41,120 bases of DNA from a virus: positions 100,163 to 141,282 of the IMG/VR virus record IMGVR_UViG_2788500025_000001, one strand, 5' to 3'. The notes under the pieces were generated by a model. That model searched no databases and had not been told where the DNA came from. It saw nothing but the letters and a program-made list of their open reading frames with translations. Shown one piece after another: positions 16,801 to 25,979 of the stretch. Every line of letters begins with the position of its first letter. Position 1 is the stretch's first letter. Both the position numbers and the translations under genes were made by a program.

Positions 16801-18219
16801 GTAGGGACGGGCGATGTCACCGGACCTGGTGCCTCCACCGACAATGCTCTGGTCCGCTTCAACCTTGCCACGGGCAAGGTGCTCCAGAACAGCAACGCCA
16901 TCCTGGAGGATTCGGGAGACCTCACCCTGGCAGGCAGCCTGACAGTGGATCCCCCTATCGCTGGGAATGATGCCTACGGCATCTTCGACCGGGTAGACAA
17001 CACGTCGTCCTCGGCCATCATCCACATGACCGGCGCTGCGCCTGACTGGATCACAGGAACGACGGTAGGGAACAGCAACTACACGATTGCCGATGGCGGC
17101 GGCACAGAACGCCTCCGGGTGACCCCGACAGGCGACGTCAGAATCAACAATGCGTTCACGCTGCCCAGCACGGACGGTATCGCCAACCAGGTGCTCCAGA
17201 CGGACGGTGCTGGAGGGGTTACCTGGGCCTCTCCCTCATCTTCGGGATGGCCCACCTCTACCGGCACCGATGCCTTGGGCATCGACTACGAAATGGCTGA
17301 GTTGACCGTAGGCAACGCCTACATCGTGCTCCAGCCTGGCGCTGCTGGACCCATCCAGACCTCCGTGTCTGACGGGGCTATTGCTGGAGGCAGCAACCGA
17401 GCACCCTACGCGACGGACTGGCAGAGATTCAGGACCGCTGCCACTCAAGTTGCTTCTGGATCGTACTCCGTCATCGGAGGCGGGCGGCAGAACGAGGCCA
17501 GCGGTACAGATGCCACGGTCAGTGGCGGCCAAGCCAACCAGGCCAACGGCGACCAGAGCACGGTCAGTGGTGGTCAGTTGAATGATGCGGACGCCATCCA
17601 CAGCACCATCACTGGAGGACTCCAGAACGAGATCCTCGCAGCAGCAACCTACGCAACCATCCCCGGAGGCCGTGAGAACGCCCTCCTGGGTCAAGGCAGC
17701 GTGGCTATGGGCGTCCGTTCCCGCACCTACAGGACCGCCCAGATGGTTCATGCGAGTGGTTCCTTCGCTGGTGCTGCACCCTTCGGTGATGCCCAGCACG
17801 GACGCATGGTGTTGCGGACGACCACGAACAATAACCTGGTTGAAATGAACTCCAGCCTGGGCCTCGGAGGAGTGATCACGGCCAGCGACTTCCTCACCCT
17901 TGAGAACAACTCAGGCCACTTCTTTACCTTGCATGTGATCGCACGGGCCGCAGCCACTTCCCCATCCCCCCAAGAGGATGCGTGGTGGTCGGTGGAGGGG
18001 TGCATCATCAAAGAGAACAACAACGCCTCAACCGTCTTGATTGGTCCCGCCCTTCCGACAGCGCCCGATGGAACCCGAGGGCTCAACTCGGTGAACTGGA
18101 GGCTTGATGTAGCCGCCGACACCACGAACGGTAGGCTCAGAATCGCAGGGGACAGCGCCGGTTTCGTTGGTGATGTTCGCTGGGTAGCCACTCTCCAGAC
18201 TACACAGGTGGGCCTCTGA
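13852..18219 (+). CDS. Long mosaic tail fibre/spike (1455 aa)
   Basis: Shared anchor; pectin-lyase-like start (GDYTTIQAAI...VRPGTYTE); NVQAALDEI; poly-Gly hinge; 148-aa tandem duplication; YadA-head-like SxxxGGxxN repeats. Confidence 0.8.
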   Translation: MAIAEIRSLRNGVDPEDGVSRDDLVIGDVVEVQSINTGIQYAWSIAFKPEGSTAVFSTTGTEQAVSQNPGTFTVDVDGPYLIRLAFMDATGTTEQFVRLRALTAFGDLKLVAAGERYDTMSVPVDLAFDGWADEQNFNLNTLLSLVKTTTTSGRVVYVDPDAGDYTTIQAAIGYAVSQGPTSAQQWVVLVRPGTYTEDLTFAPYVHVFGWPGGRETEIVKVRNATNAGHTINLPGAGENVALADISFQQPITSPNAAFIQTGAGAVRVFRCTLEAQGNTGEVWSTQGPTYFTECIVNGNGVNPTDYALRTTSLLVLNHSFVNGMSCVLADTGTVYAKDTRFTPTGTYAINTNASLVRLQWCRVSGLIAANPSGAGAGGDLTVEAEWSTLQDITIDGNAVGGTAQILLGSASHGTVTPINGATVAATVPSDTNFYDNTTTGLTAENVQAALDEIYAYAEAVRTLDDAYDGGLPGSGSGRTIVADAGAVQITDGPAPSDPPPPSNTNGNLNVVGAVNLGAIDKPEINLNPNPFDNGPMVLLGHEVWANDAPYGGTAWIMGNATGLPQDHNYNLVLGTMSAQQGTTTGRVILMGGDAVSAVDAATVFIQGGTAQNGGGGAAGDIYLAPGQSAAGAAGQVILVDQSTGTGATLTAAGAFVNPMVASTVTFGTNEGAIQVTFAGGENLAAVQALFDATGVVTAAGDPIVLTTAAKGPTAEIYFLGESVAGADTALGGFNGQAMVPGTWPSAMGIALTGPDEITFGVGDPNPMIYDSGTGKLTVPGLIDPTGMIFDEAVKPPTGANKGAFFVSNTTGGGLTRNKPYYVDENGVTTELGGGGGGGGDVVGPGAATDEALVRFDGATGKLVQNSNALLDDIGNLTLAADLSVIKTVTGSPAGDAFVRLGRVDDTSDCSILFQSGGGTQWVTGLRASSDDYTISSNSGSNQRLKVDTTGVVTFNDAFSFPSADGGANQVLQTDGAGSITWAAVGTGDVTGPGASTDNALVRFNLATGKVLQNSNAILEDSGDLTLAGSLTVDPPIAGNDAYGIFDRVDNTSSSAIIHMTGAAPDWITGTTVGNSNYTIADGGGTERLRVTPTGDVRINNAFTLPSTDGIANQVLQTDGAGGVTWASPSSSGWPTSTGTDALGIDYEMAELTVGNAYIVLQPGAAGPIQTSVSDGAIAGGSNRAPYATDWQRFRTAATQVASGSYSVIGGGRQNEASGTDATVSGGQANQANGDQSTVSGGQLNDADAIHSTITGGLQNEILAAATYATIPGGRENALLGQGSVAMGVRSRTYRTAQMVHASGSFAGAAPFGDAQHGRMVLRTTTNNNLVEMNSSLGLGGVITASDFLTLENNSGHFFTLHVIARAAATSPSPQEDAWWSVEGCIIKENNNASTVLIGPALPTAPDGTRGLNSVNWRLDVAADTTNGRLRIAGDSAGFVGDVRWVATLQTTQVGL
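16366..17232 (+). repeat. Diverged tandem duplication (444-bp period) within the fibre gene
   Basis: GDVxGPGA.TD.ALVRF..ATGK..QNSNA.L.D.G.LTLA ... F..PS.DG.ANQVLQTDGAG..TWA, starting at 16366 and 16810. Confidence 0.85.
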
Positions 18220-21200
18220 TGCCAGTCTATCTCCCCGGTCTAACCTTCGGGGGCCTCGGATATGGTGGGGCATCCTATGGGTACTCCCCCTACGGTTCGG
18301 GAATCTTCCCTCGCCTGCCGGTCCCGGTAGACGGGGGGTACGGCGGCGCTCCTTACGGCCTCGCCTCCTACGGCTCCGTAGACATCACGCCGCCGAGGGT
18401 GACCGGAGCCACGTCCCTTGACGGCTACCGGGTCGAGATATTCTTCAACGAGGACATGGCCAACAACGCGGCGTTGGTTGATCCGGCCAACTACACCTTC
18501 GCAGAGACGGTCAGTGGAGCCTCGACGTTCGGTGCAGCACTCACGTCGGTGTCAGTGGCGGTGGGAACGCCTTCGGGACTCGGCTACTCCTCCATCATCG
18601 TGACCCACACAGGGTCTACGTTGGGGGGTCAGTACACCGTCACCGTCAACGGGCCGACAGACGTGGCGGGGAACCCGGTCGGACCTCCTCCGACGAACAG
18701 CGCGGTTTTCTACGCTCTCGGTGACACCACGACCGCAGAGGCAACTCTCCCCTCGCCAGATGACGGGCGCACGGTCCTTCTGGACTTCCGTTCGGGAACG
18801 GTAGGCAGCCAACTCCAGCCGATGCTCCCTGAGGCGGACTTCAGCCCAGGCGTTGACAGCACCACGTCCTATGGGATCACGACGACCTACCCGGTGACCC
18901 CAACGCTCGGCTCGGCCACGCAAGATGCCGTGACACCTTCGCGGGTTGCACTCGACGTGCATCCAATGACCAGCGCGGTCTACAACCTCACGGTCGGACC
19001 CAGTGAGGCGTTTGCCTACTCGGGATCCCTGCTCCCGGACGATGATCCAAACTTCACCGGAGCCGAGATTGGCACCGGCTCCAGCGCCGCGAGCAATACC
19101 GGCCTGGTCATGTCGAAGGCGGCAGGGAACCAGTACGGCTGGTCCTTTGGTGACTCCACGGGCCGCATGGCTCCCGGCACCACCTACCGAGCCGAGGTTC
19201 GGTACGACTTGTCCTCGACGACCATCACTCCGGCGGTGTTCAACTCCACGTTGGCGACCTTCTCGGTGTCGGACGGGGCGATCCAGGTAGACATCGCGCT
19301 GGCTGATGTGGCTGGGGTCAAGGTCCTCCAGATCGTTTCGGGGGCCTACACGTCCACGGCGCTCGCCAACTGGGACACCACTACCGCCCCTCACCGCCTC
19401 ACCTTGATCCGCAACCAGAAGGGCGACTTCTACACGGTCGTGTTCGACGGGGTTCCCGTCAACACCTTCCCTGTGGCTTCGGCTACTGGCGCAGCGGTCT
19501 ACGGCGCAGGCACGGCCTTCGTTTTCTCGACCACCCACGAAGTCACCCTGTTCCGCCTGTCGAACATGGGCTTGTCGTCCAGCCTGACCCTGTTCACATC
19601 GGCGTGGAACTTCATCCACGGCCTTCCGGTGTCGTTCACGGGGTCTTCCGTCCTCACCAACGACAAGATCACCACTCGCTATGGACCCCTCGTCCGAGGT
19701 TGGGGTGACGCCACCCCGGCTACGAAGCAAGACGTCACGGTTCGGCTCGATGGTGGTGAGATCGACATCGCTGGGGTCAATCCCTACGTCGGAGAAATCT
19801 ACCCGACCTTGCCCATCCCGCTCGCTGCTGCCGGGACGTTCACGGTGGACGTGGACTACATCTGGTTCGCCAACCCGGCGATGGAGATGGCGGGCCTCAA
19901 CACCCGTGGCTTGACCCTCTCAACCTGGGACCGGGCTGTCGGTCACGACGCAGAATCCGTAGCCCCCCTCCCTACAGGCAGCACAGGGGCGACACGGACC
20001 AACCGTTTTCCGATGGGTGTGGCTCTCGGCCCTTACCAGCGCCCCTCTCCGAAGCGCATCGGACACAAGTACATCGGTTGGCAGAAGGACTACAGTGCCC
20101 TCACCAACACACCCACCACGCTGCTTTTGAATCAGGACCCTCATGCCATCTCGGTGGGGGGCCTAAGCGCAGATGCTTTGTCCGGCGGTGGGGTCTTTGA
20201 TGGGGTTGGTCCCCCTCCGCAAGCCCCGACTCCGTGGATCCTGGACGGCAGCGATACGGGTTCGGCGGGGCAGGCCGTCTACACGTTGGTGGACGCCTCT
20301 TCCGGCCCCTACGGCATCGGCACCGCTGCTTTCTACAAGAGGTTTGAGGACCTCGCCCTGGCTACCCATGTCACGGAGAGCGCACGGTTCCGCATCGCGG
20401 AGCACGTCGCGGATGGGGTCTTCACCGGAGTGGGTCTCGGCCTCCACGATGGTGCCCACCTGGCCTTTGTGGGCGCTCTGGTCGTAGATGGGGTCTCGCA
20501 TGTAGGCATCCTGGCTGATGCCACCATCCCCCATCTGGAGGAAGGTTGGATCATCGGGCCTTCCGCCCTGGCGACCGGGGTTACTCAATCAGTAATCCGC
20601 ATCGCCTACGAGGACTTCCCCACGGGCCTCGGAGCAGGATCACGGTTCCGCATCGCGCAGGGCAACCAGGCCGGGGTGTACACCATCGCCGACTGCGGTG
20701 TTGATCTGGACGTTGACGGCAACGTCCTCCTCACACTCGACAGCCCACTACCCGCCGACATTCAGGGCCTCGGTGACCTGACCTTCGCCATTCTCTTTGA
20801 GGTCAAGTGGGTAGACGAGTTCATCTCGCTGCGGCTCTCCAGTGTCTTCCCCGCCGGAAGCATGAACGTCTTCCTGGGTGGGGCTTTGTCAGGCACCGTG
20901 GGGGAGATTCCTGAAGTCGCCCCCTTCCCCGCCCAGACTTCACTGTTGCTCCCAGCCTCCGAAAAGGGAGTCGTCTTCTGGGGTAGCCTCAGTCGCCGGG
21001 CAACCTCGACCTCGATCTGGGACCTGGCGCAGTACTCCTCGACCCCACAACTGTTGACCCAGACGGCGCAGGGCATCACGGCGCTGACTGAGATGAATGT
21101 GATCCCACAGGAGGATCCCAATGACCCCTGGTTCGTCGTCGGTGGGTTCGGCACGGGGATCATCGACGCGACCGGAGATCAACTGCTCCTACGGTCCACC

Positions 21201-23660
21201 TCGGACGAAAGCCCGATTGACACGCAGTTCTACTACGAGCGCGTCGAGCCGTTCATCAACCCGAAGGTCCGGGTCGATTCCGAGGCTACATTCAGTCTGG
21301 ACTCAGCGGTCCTGGGCGTGGGGTCTGCTGCTCTGCGCGTGCGGGACACGGAACGGGAAGCCGTTGTCGAGACCCTCTGGATCGCCACCGATAACCTGGG
21401 ACAGCACGCCCTCATCCCCCGTCGCCCACAAGCCTCGCTTTCAGGTCTGCGTTCGCCACCGGATGCTGGGTGGACACCAACCTCTCCATCCCCGCCACCT
21501 GCCAGTGTTTTCGTCCGAGGACAGACCCTGGAGTTGACCAAAACCCGTGATGATGAAGGGGCCTGGACAAAGGGCGCTCAGGAGGCTGCCGCCGCTGAGG
21601 ACATTGGGGTGATCCTCAATGCTCGCTTGTCCGTTCAAGAGGCTGCCGTGGGGCTAAAGGGCATCGGCATCGGCTGGGGGGCGGAGGGACGCCTCCCCTC
21701 ATCCAACTTTGAGAGGACCATCTGGGTCTCTCTGGACCAAACGCTCGCCACGAAGGAGGTGGTCCTCCTCGACCGGCTTGAAAACAAAAGAGCCGCCTTC
21801 CCGTTTGACTGGTCAGACGGGAAGTATCACGACTACCGGGTGCTCTGTGATCCTGTCGCAGACCTCGTGGTCGTGGTCGTGGATGATGTAGTGCTCGGAA
21901 GCGTGGCCTTTTCGGACTTCTCGTCCGCGATGGTCAGCGACTTCGGCACCTACCTGACAGGCAAGATCGGGTACGTCGGCAAAGGGTCCTGTAAAGCAAC
22001 ACTCGACTCCCTTTCTGTTGTCCCTCTACGAACCGAAGCCCTCCCCTTCCTACCGGCGCTCATCAAGACCTTCGGCGTCCGTCTGCGTCTGGGGGTTGAT
22101 GGGGACATCGACTCCTACCGCCTTCCTCGGACAGACGGGACGGAGGTTCCCAACAGCCACCCCACGGCCACCTTCAAGGAGATGGACTGGACGGCTCAGT
22201 GCCGGGTGCGGATGTTCCTTGACCCCACCTGGGGCGTCTCGGTCTACCGCCCGGACCTACCTCTCCCCCCAACGGCCACAGAGGACTTCGCCACTGAGAC
22301 CACGGACCCGTCAGCGGCCTGGATCAACGTCGAGTACCGGGACCTGCCTACCTATAGCGTCCATCACGGCTCGGTCTCCTTCGGTGCGATCAACGAGGAA
22401 GCCATCAGCCAGCAACGGTGGGACTCGGTGCGCTACCGCGTCCGGGGCGGGCCAGAAGGCTTCGGCATCGCGCCACAAGGCATGGTGCTCAACCGTGCCT
22501 TCACGCTGACCAGCGGCGAGTACAACCTCGACGTCACACCCGAGACAGCGACCATCACCTCTCGGACACCCTTCCTGGTCTATGTCCCCGACAGCGACAT
22601 CTACGCGGATCGTGTGTTCGTGGTTCAGGTGGACGGCGCGGTGATCCCACCAGCCGACTACACCTTTGACAAGACCACACAGAACCTCCAGTTCACTTCG
22701 TTGGCCCCGCTCCCCTCAAGCCAGCACGAAGTCACGGTCACATTCGCGGTCGGCAAGCCGGTCACTCAGACCTATCTGTGCGGGCAGCCCATCGACGAGA
22801 CTGTCACGGTCCTCAACGAGGGCACGCCTCCCATCCCGACAGACCTGGACCAGCCTGCTGACCGAGAAATCGAGAACGGTGGGATCATCAACGACCCCGC
22901 AGATGTGCTCGACGAAGCCGAGAGCCTGGTGCTCAATGATCCCTACCGGGTCGTCACCTTCACGGACACTGCCGAGAGCATCTACGCGGACCTCCAGTTT
23001 TGCACGACGGAGGACGGGGATTCCGTTCACATCACACCCGTCTGCGACGGACCTGGACCTGGTCTGGGCCTCTCGCATCTTGAGGTAGACGGCCACTTCA
23101 CGACCAACGCCTTCACGGTCCCAGAAGGTCCTGGAGGACCCTGGAAGGGGTCGCCCGCCATCAAGGGTTCCGCCACCCACTTCAACCCCGCTACGGTGCT
23201 CACAGCGAGCGGTGGGAACATTCTGGGAGGCAACCTCGGTCCAGGCACCGCGATTCTGTACCCCAACCAACGGGGACCTTCCGGCAAGCCGCCCGAAGGC
23301 GGGATGGGGATCAACCAGGACTTCGCCCTCCGTCTGGAGGACGTGACCCCACGCACGGAAGACCTGAGCATCGACACCACGATGGGGGACAACGTGCCCC
23401 CGACCTTTGCGGACCCGGTGCCCAGCAACCCGGACGGTGTCCCTACGCCAAACGGCAACGGGGCAGTCGCCTACAAGATGGTGGACTACGCCACGGTTAC
23501 AGCATCACGGCTCGGTCCCTGGGGCGGCTTGACTGCACTGGAGACCCGGTCCCTGCTGGCCGGGGGCGCACCCCTCAACGGCTCCGAGTTCATCCTTGAA
23601 GGAGGCACCCAGATCCCTGGCCCGGTTGTGACCGAGGGCTACATCCGTGCGGCCAACTGA
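18219..23660 (+). CDS. Very large virion structural protein (1813 aa), Ig-like/lectin-like domains; possible baseplate component
   Basis: TGATG coupling; N-terminal GYGGxxYGxxxYG repeats; Ig-like DITPPRVTGATS...EIFFNEDM; beta-rich composition. Confidence 0.7.
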   Translation: MPVYLPGLTFGGLGYGGASYGYSPYGSGIFPRLPVPVDGGYGGAPYGLASYGSVDITPPRVTGATSLDGYRVEIFFNEDMANNAALVDPANYTFAETVSGASTFGAALTSVSVAVGTPSGLGYSSIIVTHTGSTLGGQYTVTVNGPTDVAGNPVGPPPTNSAVFYALGDTTTAEATLPSPDDGRTVLLDFRSGTVGSQLQPMLPEADFSPGVDSTTSYGITTTYPVTPTLGSATQDAVTPSRVALDVHPMTSAVYNLTVGPSEAFAYSGSLLPDDDPNFTGAEIGTGSSAASNTGLVMSKAAGNQYGWSFGDSTGRMAPGTTYRAEVRYDLSSTTITPAVFNSTLATFSVSDGAIQVDIALADVAGVKVLQIVSGAYTSTALANWDTTTAPHRLTLIRNQKGDFYTVVFDGVPVNTFPVASATGAAVYGAGTAFVFSTTHEVTLFRLSNMGLSSSLTLFTSAWNFIHGLPVSFTGSSVLTNDKITTRYGPLVRGWGDATPATKQDVTVRLDGGEIDIAGVNPYVGEIYPTLPIPLAAAGTFTVDVDYIWFANPAMEMAGLNTRGLTLSTWDRAVGHDAESVAPLPTGSTGATRTNRFPMGVALGPYQRPSPKRIGHKYIGWQKDYSALTNTPTTLLLNQDPHAISVGGLSADALSGGGVFDGVGPPPQAPTPWILDGSDTGSAGQAVYTLVDASSGPYGIGTAAFYKRFEDLALATHVTESARFRIAEHVADGVFTGVGLGLHDGAHLAFVGALVVDGVSHVGILADATIPHLEEGWIIGPSALATGVTQSVIRIAYEDFPTGLGAGSRFRIAQGNQAGVYTIADCGVDLDVDGNVLLTLDSPLPADIQGLGDLTFAILFEVKWVDEFISLRLSSVFPAGSMNVFLGGALSGTVGEIPEVAPFPAQTSLLLPASEKGVVFWGSLSRRATSTSIWDLAQYSSTPQLLTQTAQGITALTEMNVIPQEDPNDPWFVVGGFGTGIIDATGDQLLLRSTSDESPIDTQFYYERVEPFINPKVRVDSEATFSLDSAVLGVGSAALRVRDTEREAVVETLWIATDNLGQHALIPRRPQASLSGLRSPPDAGWTPTSPSPPPASVFVRGQTLELTKTRDDEGAWTKGAQEAAAAEDIGVILNARLSVQEAAVGLKGIGIGWGAEGRLPSSNFERTIWVSLDQTLATKEVVLLDRLENKRAAFPFDWSDGKYHDYRVLCDPVADLVVVVVDDVVLGSVAFSDFSSAMVSDFGTYLTGKIGYVGKGSCKATLDSLSVVPLRTEALPFLPALIKTFGVRLRLGVDGDIDSYRLPRTDGTEVPNSHPTATFKEMDWTAQCRVRMFLDPTWGVSVYRPDLPLPPTATEDFATETTDPSAAWINVEYRDLPTYSVHHGSVSFGAINEEAISQQRWDSVRYRVRGGPEGFGIAPQGMVLNRAFTLTSGEYNLDVTPETATITSRTPFLVYVPDSDIYADRVFVVQVDGAVIPPADYTFDKTTQNLQFTSLAPLPSSQHEVTVTFAVGKPVTQTYLCGQPIDETVTVLNEGTPPIPTDLDQPADREIENGGIINDPADVLDEAESLVLNDPYRVVTFTDTAESIYADLQFCTTEDGDSVHITPVCDGPGPGLGLSHLEVDGHFTTNAFTVPEGPGGPWKGSPAIKGSATHFNPATVLTASGGNILGGNLGPGTAILYPNQRGPSGKPPEGGMGINQDFALRLEDVTPRTEDLSIDTTMGDNVPPTFADPVPSNPDGVPTPNGNGAVAYKMVDYATVTASRLGPWGGLTALETRSLLAGGAPLNGSEFILEGGTQIPGPVVTEGYIRAAN

Positions 23661-23675
23661 CAATACCGCCTCTAT
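23661..23675 (+). promoter_or_regulatory. Putative late promoter motif (variant)
   Basis: CAATACCGCCTCTAT about 36 nt before ATG 23711. Confidence 0.55.
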
Positions 23676-23710
23676 CTCCGTGATCCTGTGAAGAGAGCGG
23701 AGACTTTCAC

Positions 23711-24556
23711 ATGGCCTGGGTAGAACAGTATTGGTGGAAGATCCGCTGCCGGGTATCGACCCTATGGGGGCGCTGCATAGAGGTCGTGATTACCTTTTTC
23801 AACTTCATCCGCACAGACAAGGTAGGGCTCGTCGCCCCTACGATTCTGTTCATGGCCATCAGCCATGGATTCTTCTGGTCCACAGTCGTATTCCTCAATG
23901 ACTGGACGACCTCGTGGTATGCCGAGCGGCACCCGTCTCTCACCACGTCGATCAGCGTGTGCATTGAAAGCCTGCCTCAGGGCGTCTGCGCCAGGCTCGT
24001 GGAGCATCTGACCCTGGTGCAGAGTCGGGCAGAGCACCACTACGAGATCAGCCGGACCTTCCAGTCCTACCAGTTCGGGTTCCTGAGCACATCCTTTTGG
24101 GCGGGCACCCTGCTGGCTCTGGGCATCTTCACGGTGGTCCGCAAGGGTTTCGATGACCTCGGATCATGGGGCAAAGGAATGCTGATGGGCTTGCTATGTG
24201 CGGCGGCTTTCTTTGGCGGCTTCCCGGCGCTCGTGAGCATCGACGACAACATCAAGGACAACCTCGACGGCTACAACGCCTACGACGGCATCGCCGCCGA
24301 GATCAGGACGTACATGCGGACAGGTGAGAGTGTCACCGGCAACCATGTGGACGGGGCCTCGTTCCTCCACAAGATCGACATGATGATCTCGGACCTCGAT
24401 GCTCCCCGGATCCAACTCGATGCGACCCAGATGGACCTCGGCAAGAGCAGATTTTTGGAGTTGAGCCAGGAGATGGAGAGTGGGGTCGCCGCCCCCGACA
24501 CGCCTCGCGTTATTTCGCCTATTCCTCCTGGAGAGGTAGAAGAGAGTACTCCATGA
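23711..24556 (+). CDS. Membrane protein (281 aa, about 3 TM; SLATT-like 2TM-plus-helix topology in the C-half)
   Basis: SD GGAG; hydrophobic segments at about aa 38-62, 120-142 and 154-177, followed by a helical soluble domain. Confidence 0.65.
   Translation: MAWVEQYWWKIRCRVSTLWGRCIEVVITFFNFIRTDKVGLVAPTILFMAISHGFFWSTVVFLNDWTTSWYAERHPSLTTSISVCIESLPQGVCARLVEHLTLVQSRAEHHYEISRTFQSYQFGFLSTSFWAGTLLALGIFTVVRKGFDDLGSWGKGMLMGLLCAAAFFGGFPALVSIDDNIKDNLDGYNAYDGIAAEIRTYMRTGESVTGNHVDGASFLHKIDMMISDLDAPRIQLDATQMDLGKSRFLELSQEMESGVAAPDTPRVISPIPPGEVEESTP
24508..24522 (+). promoter_or_regulatory. Putative late promoter motif inside the 3' end of the upstream CDS
   Basis: CGTTATTTCGCCTAT about 31 nt before ATG 24553. 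Confidence 0.6.
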
Positions 24557-24684
24557 AAAACGTGATCCCTTTCCCCACCCGTGCCACCGTCTTCACAGAC
24601 GACGACGTGTGCCGGGTGTTCGGCACTCACCTGCCCGTTGAGATCACCGACGAGGACTCGACCGCATTCTGGAGCGCATCATGA
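24553..24684 (+). CDS. Small hypothetical protein (43 aa)
   Basis: Not in track. ATGA overlaps at both ends; MKNVIPFPTRATVFTDDDVCRVFGTHLPVEITDEDSTAFWSAS. Confidence 0.6.
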   Translation: MKNVIPFPTRATVFTDDDVCRVFGTHLPVEITDEDSTAFWSAS

Positions 24685-25970
24685 CCATCTCTACTCGACA
24701 GATCCGTGAGATCCTTGCCGCCGAAGGACTCGTGGCTGCCTTTCCTTCCTTTCAGGTGACCCCCAAGCCGCGAAGCCCTGAGGTCAATGACTTCTACCAA
24801 AAGGCCGCACGCAACTGGAGCCGCATGGGCGTAGTGCCATGGACGGTTCGGTTCGACGGTGACAAGGCCGAGATTCGCTTCAAGTCTCGGACGGCAGAGG
24901 CATCTTACGACTTCTCGGCCCTCATTGGCACAGGCGACAGAGGGGCTTTCCTGACCCTCAGCAGCAACCCCCGCAAGGAGTACGCAAACCCCCGGCAGGC
25001 AGCGCAGGCGATCAACGGCAGGATCATCCTTGAGAAGGAGTTGGCCTCAGGCCGGATCGCCGCTCGGTACGCCGCCCGCAATCAGGGTGCGGCCAACGCG
25101 GCCTACCTCGGCAGCCTTGATGACCGGATGACGAACAAGATCCTCACAGGCATCGCCAAGCACTACGGTGTCTCGACCCAGGCGATCTACAAGGAACTGA
25201 TCGACCGGGACGCGGAGGCTCTGTACGAGTACATCACCGATGGCTCCCGGATGCGGGTGTACGAGGACATGAAGAAGGGGCGGTACGCCAGCACCCGCAG
25301 GGTTGCTCACCGTCCGCACTTCGTGACCCCGAAGGAACTCCGCGACGGCCATGCGTTCATGACCTACAAGATCGACGCCGGGAAGAACAACAGCAAGTTT
25401 TACGAAGGCAAGATCACACCAGCCGACGACGGCTCGTGGTCTTTCCTGAAGCGTTGGGGTGCTCTGACTGACAAGGGTGCCCGCCACTCGCGGGTGGACG
25501 GTGCGAAGTACGACAAGCACGGACTCACTGAGGCCCAGGCACAGCGGATGCTCGACAAGGAGCGGAAGAAGCGCCTCGGACCCCGTGGCTACACCGACGC
25601 CATGAAGTCGCGCCCTGTGGGCCAGTACCCGGTCGGCCTCCAGCGCGACGTCGGCTTCGGTTGGGGCACACAGGAGATCACCAACTGTGTCCCGGCGCTG
25701 CGGAACATGTCGGACCTCATCGTCACCGCTCTGGCAGAAGTCCAGCAGGATGATCCCGGCGACCTTCTCCGTGCCCTTGAGGGCCTCGCCGTACTCGTGG
25801 GTGACCTTCCCACGAGCAGCATGGCGAAGGAGATCGCGAAGAAGATGCGGCCTCCCGTCCAGCGCATGAAGAAAAACCCACGCTTCATCAGTGATCCCAA
25901 CCGCACGACGAAGGAGTTGATGACCCTCAAGCGGTACATCGACCGCCAGACCAAAGAGTGCAACGTCTAA
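24681..25970 (+). CDS. Modular protein (429 aa) with WGR-like domain
   Basis: KIDAGKNNSKFYEG...SFLKRWGAL...AQRMLDKERKKRLGPRGY (about 25356-25597) matches the WGR pattern; segments are separated by RIAARYAA and RYASTRRVA. Confidence 0.75.
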   Translation: MTISTRQIREILAAEGLVAAFPSFQVTPKPRSPEVNDFYQKAARNWSRMGVVPWTVRFDGDKAEIRFKSRTAEASYDFSALIGTGDRGAFLTLSSNPRKEYANPRQAAQAINGRIILEKELASGRIAARYAARNQGAANAAYLGSLDDRMTNKILTGIAKHYGVSTQAIYKELIDRDAEALYEYITDGSRMRVYEDMKKGRYASTRRVAHRPHFVTPKELRDGHAFMTYKIDAGKNNSKFYEGKITPADDGSWSFLKRWGALTDKGARHSRVDGAKYDKHGLTEAQAQRMLDKERKKRLGPRGYTDAMKSRPVGQYPVGLQRDVGFGWGTQEITNCVPALRNMSDLIVTALAEVQQDDPGDLLRALEGLAVLVGDLPTSSMAKEIAKKMRPPVQRMKKNPRFISDPNRTTKELMTLKRYIDRQTKECNV

Positions 25971-25979
25971 GGAGACCCC

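Noticed and set aside
16366-17232. Diversity-generating retroelement TR/VR pair
   Set aside because: The copies are in-frame protein repeats diverged at all bases, not adenine-specific, and no reverse transcriptase is present.
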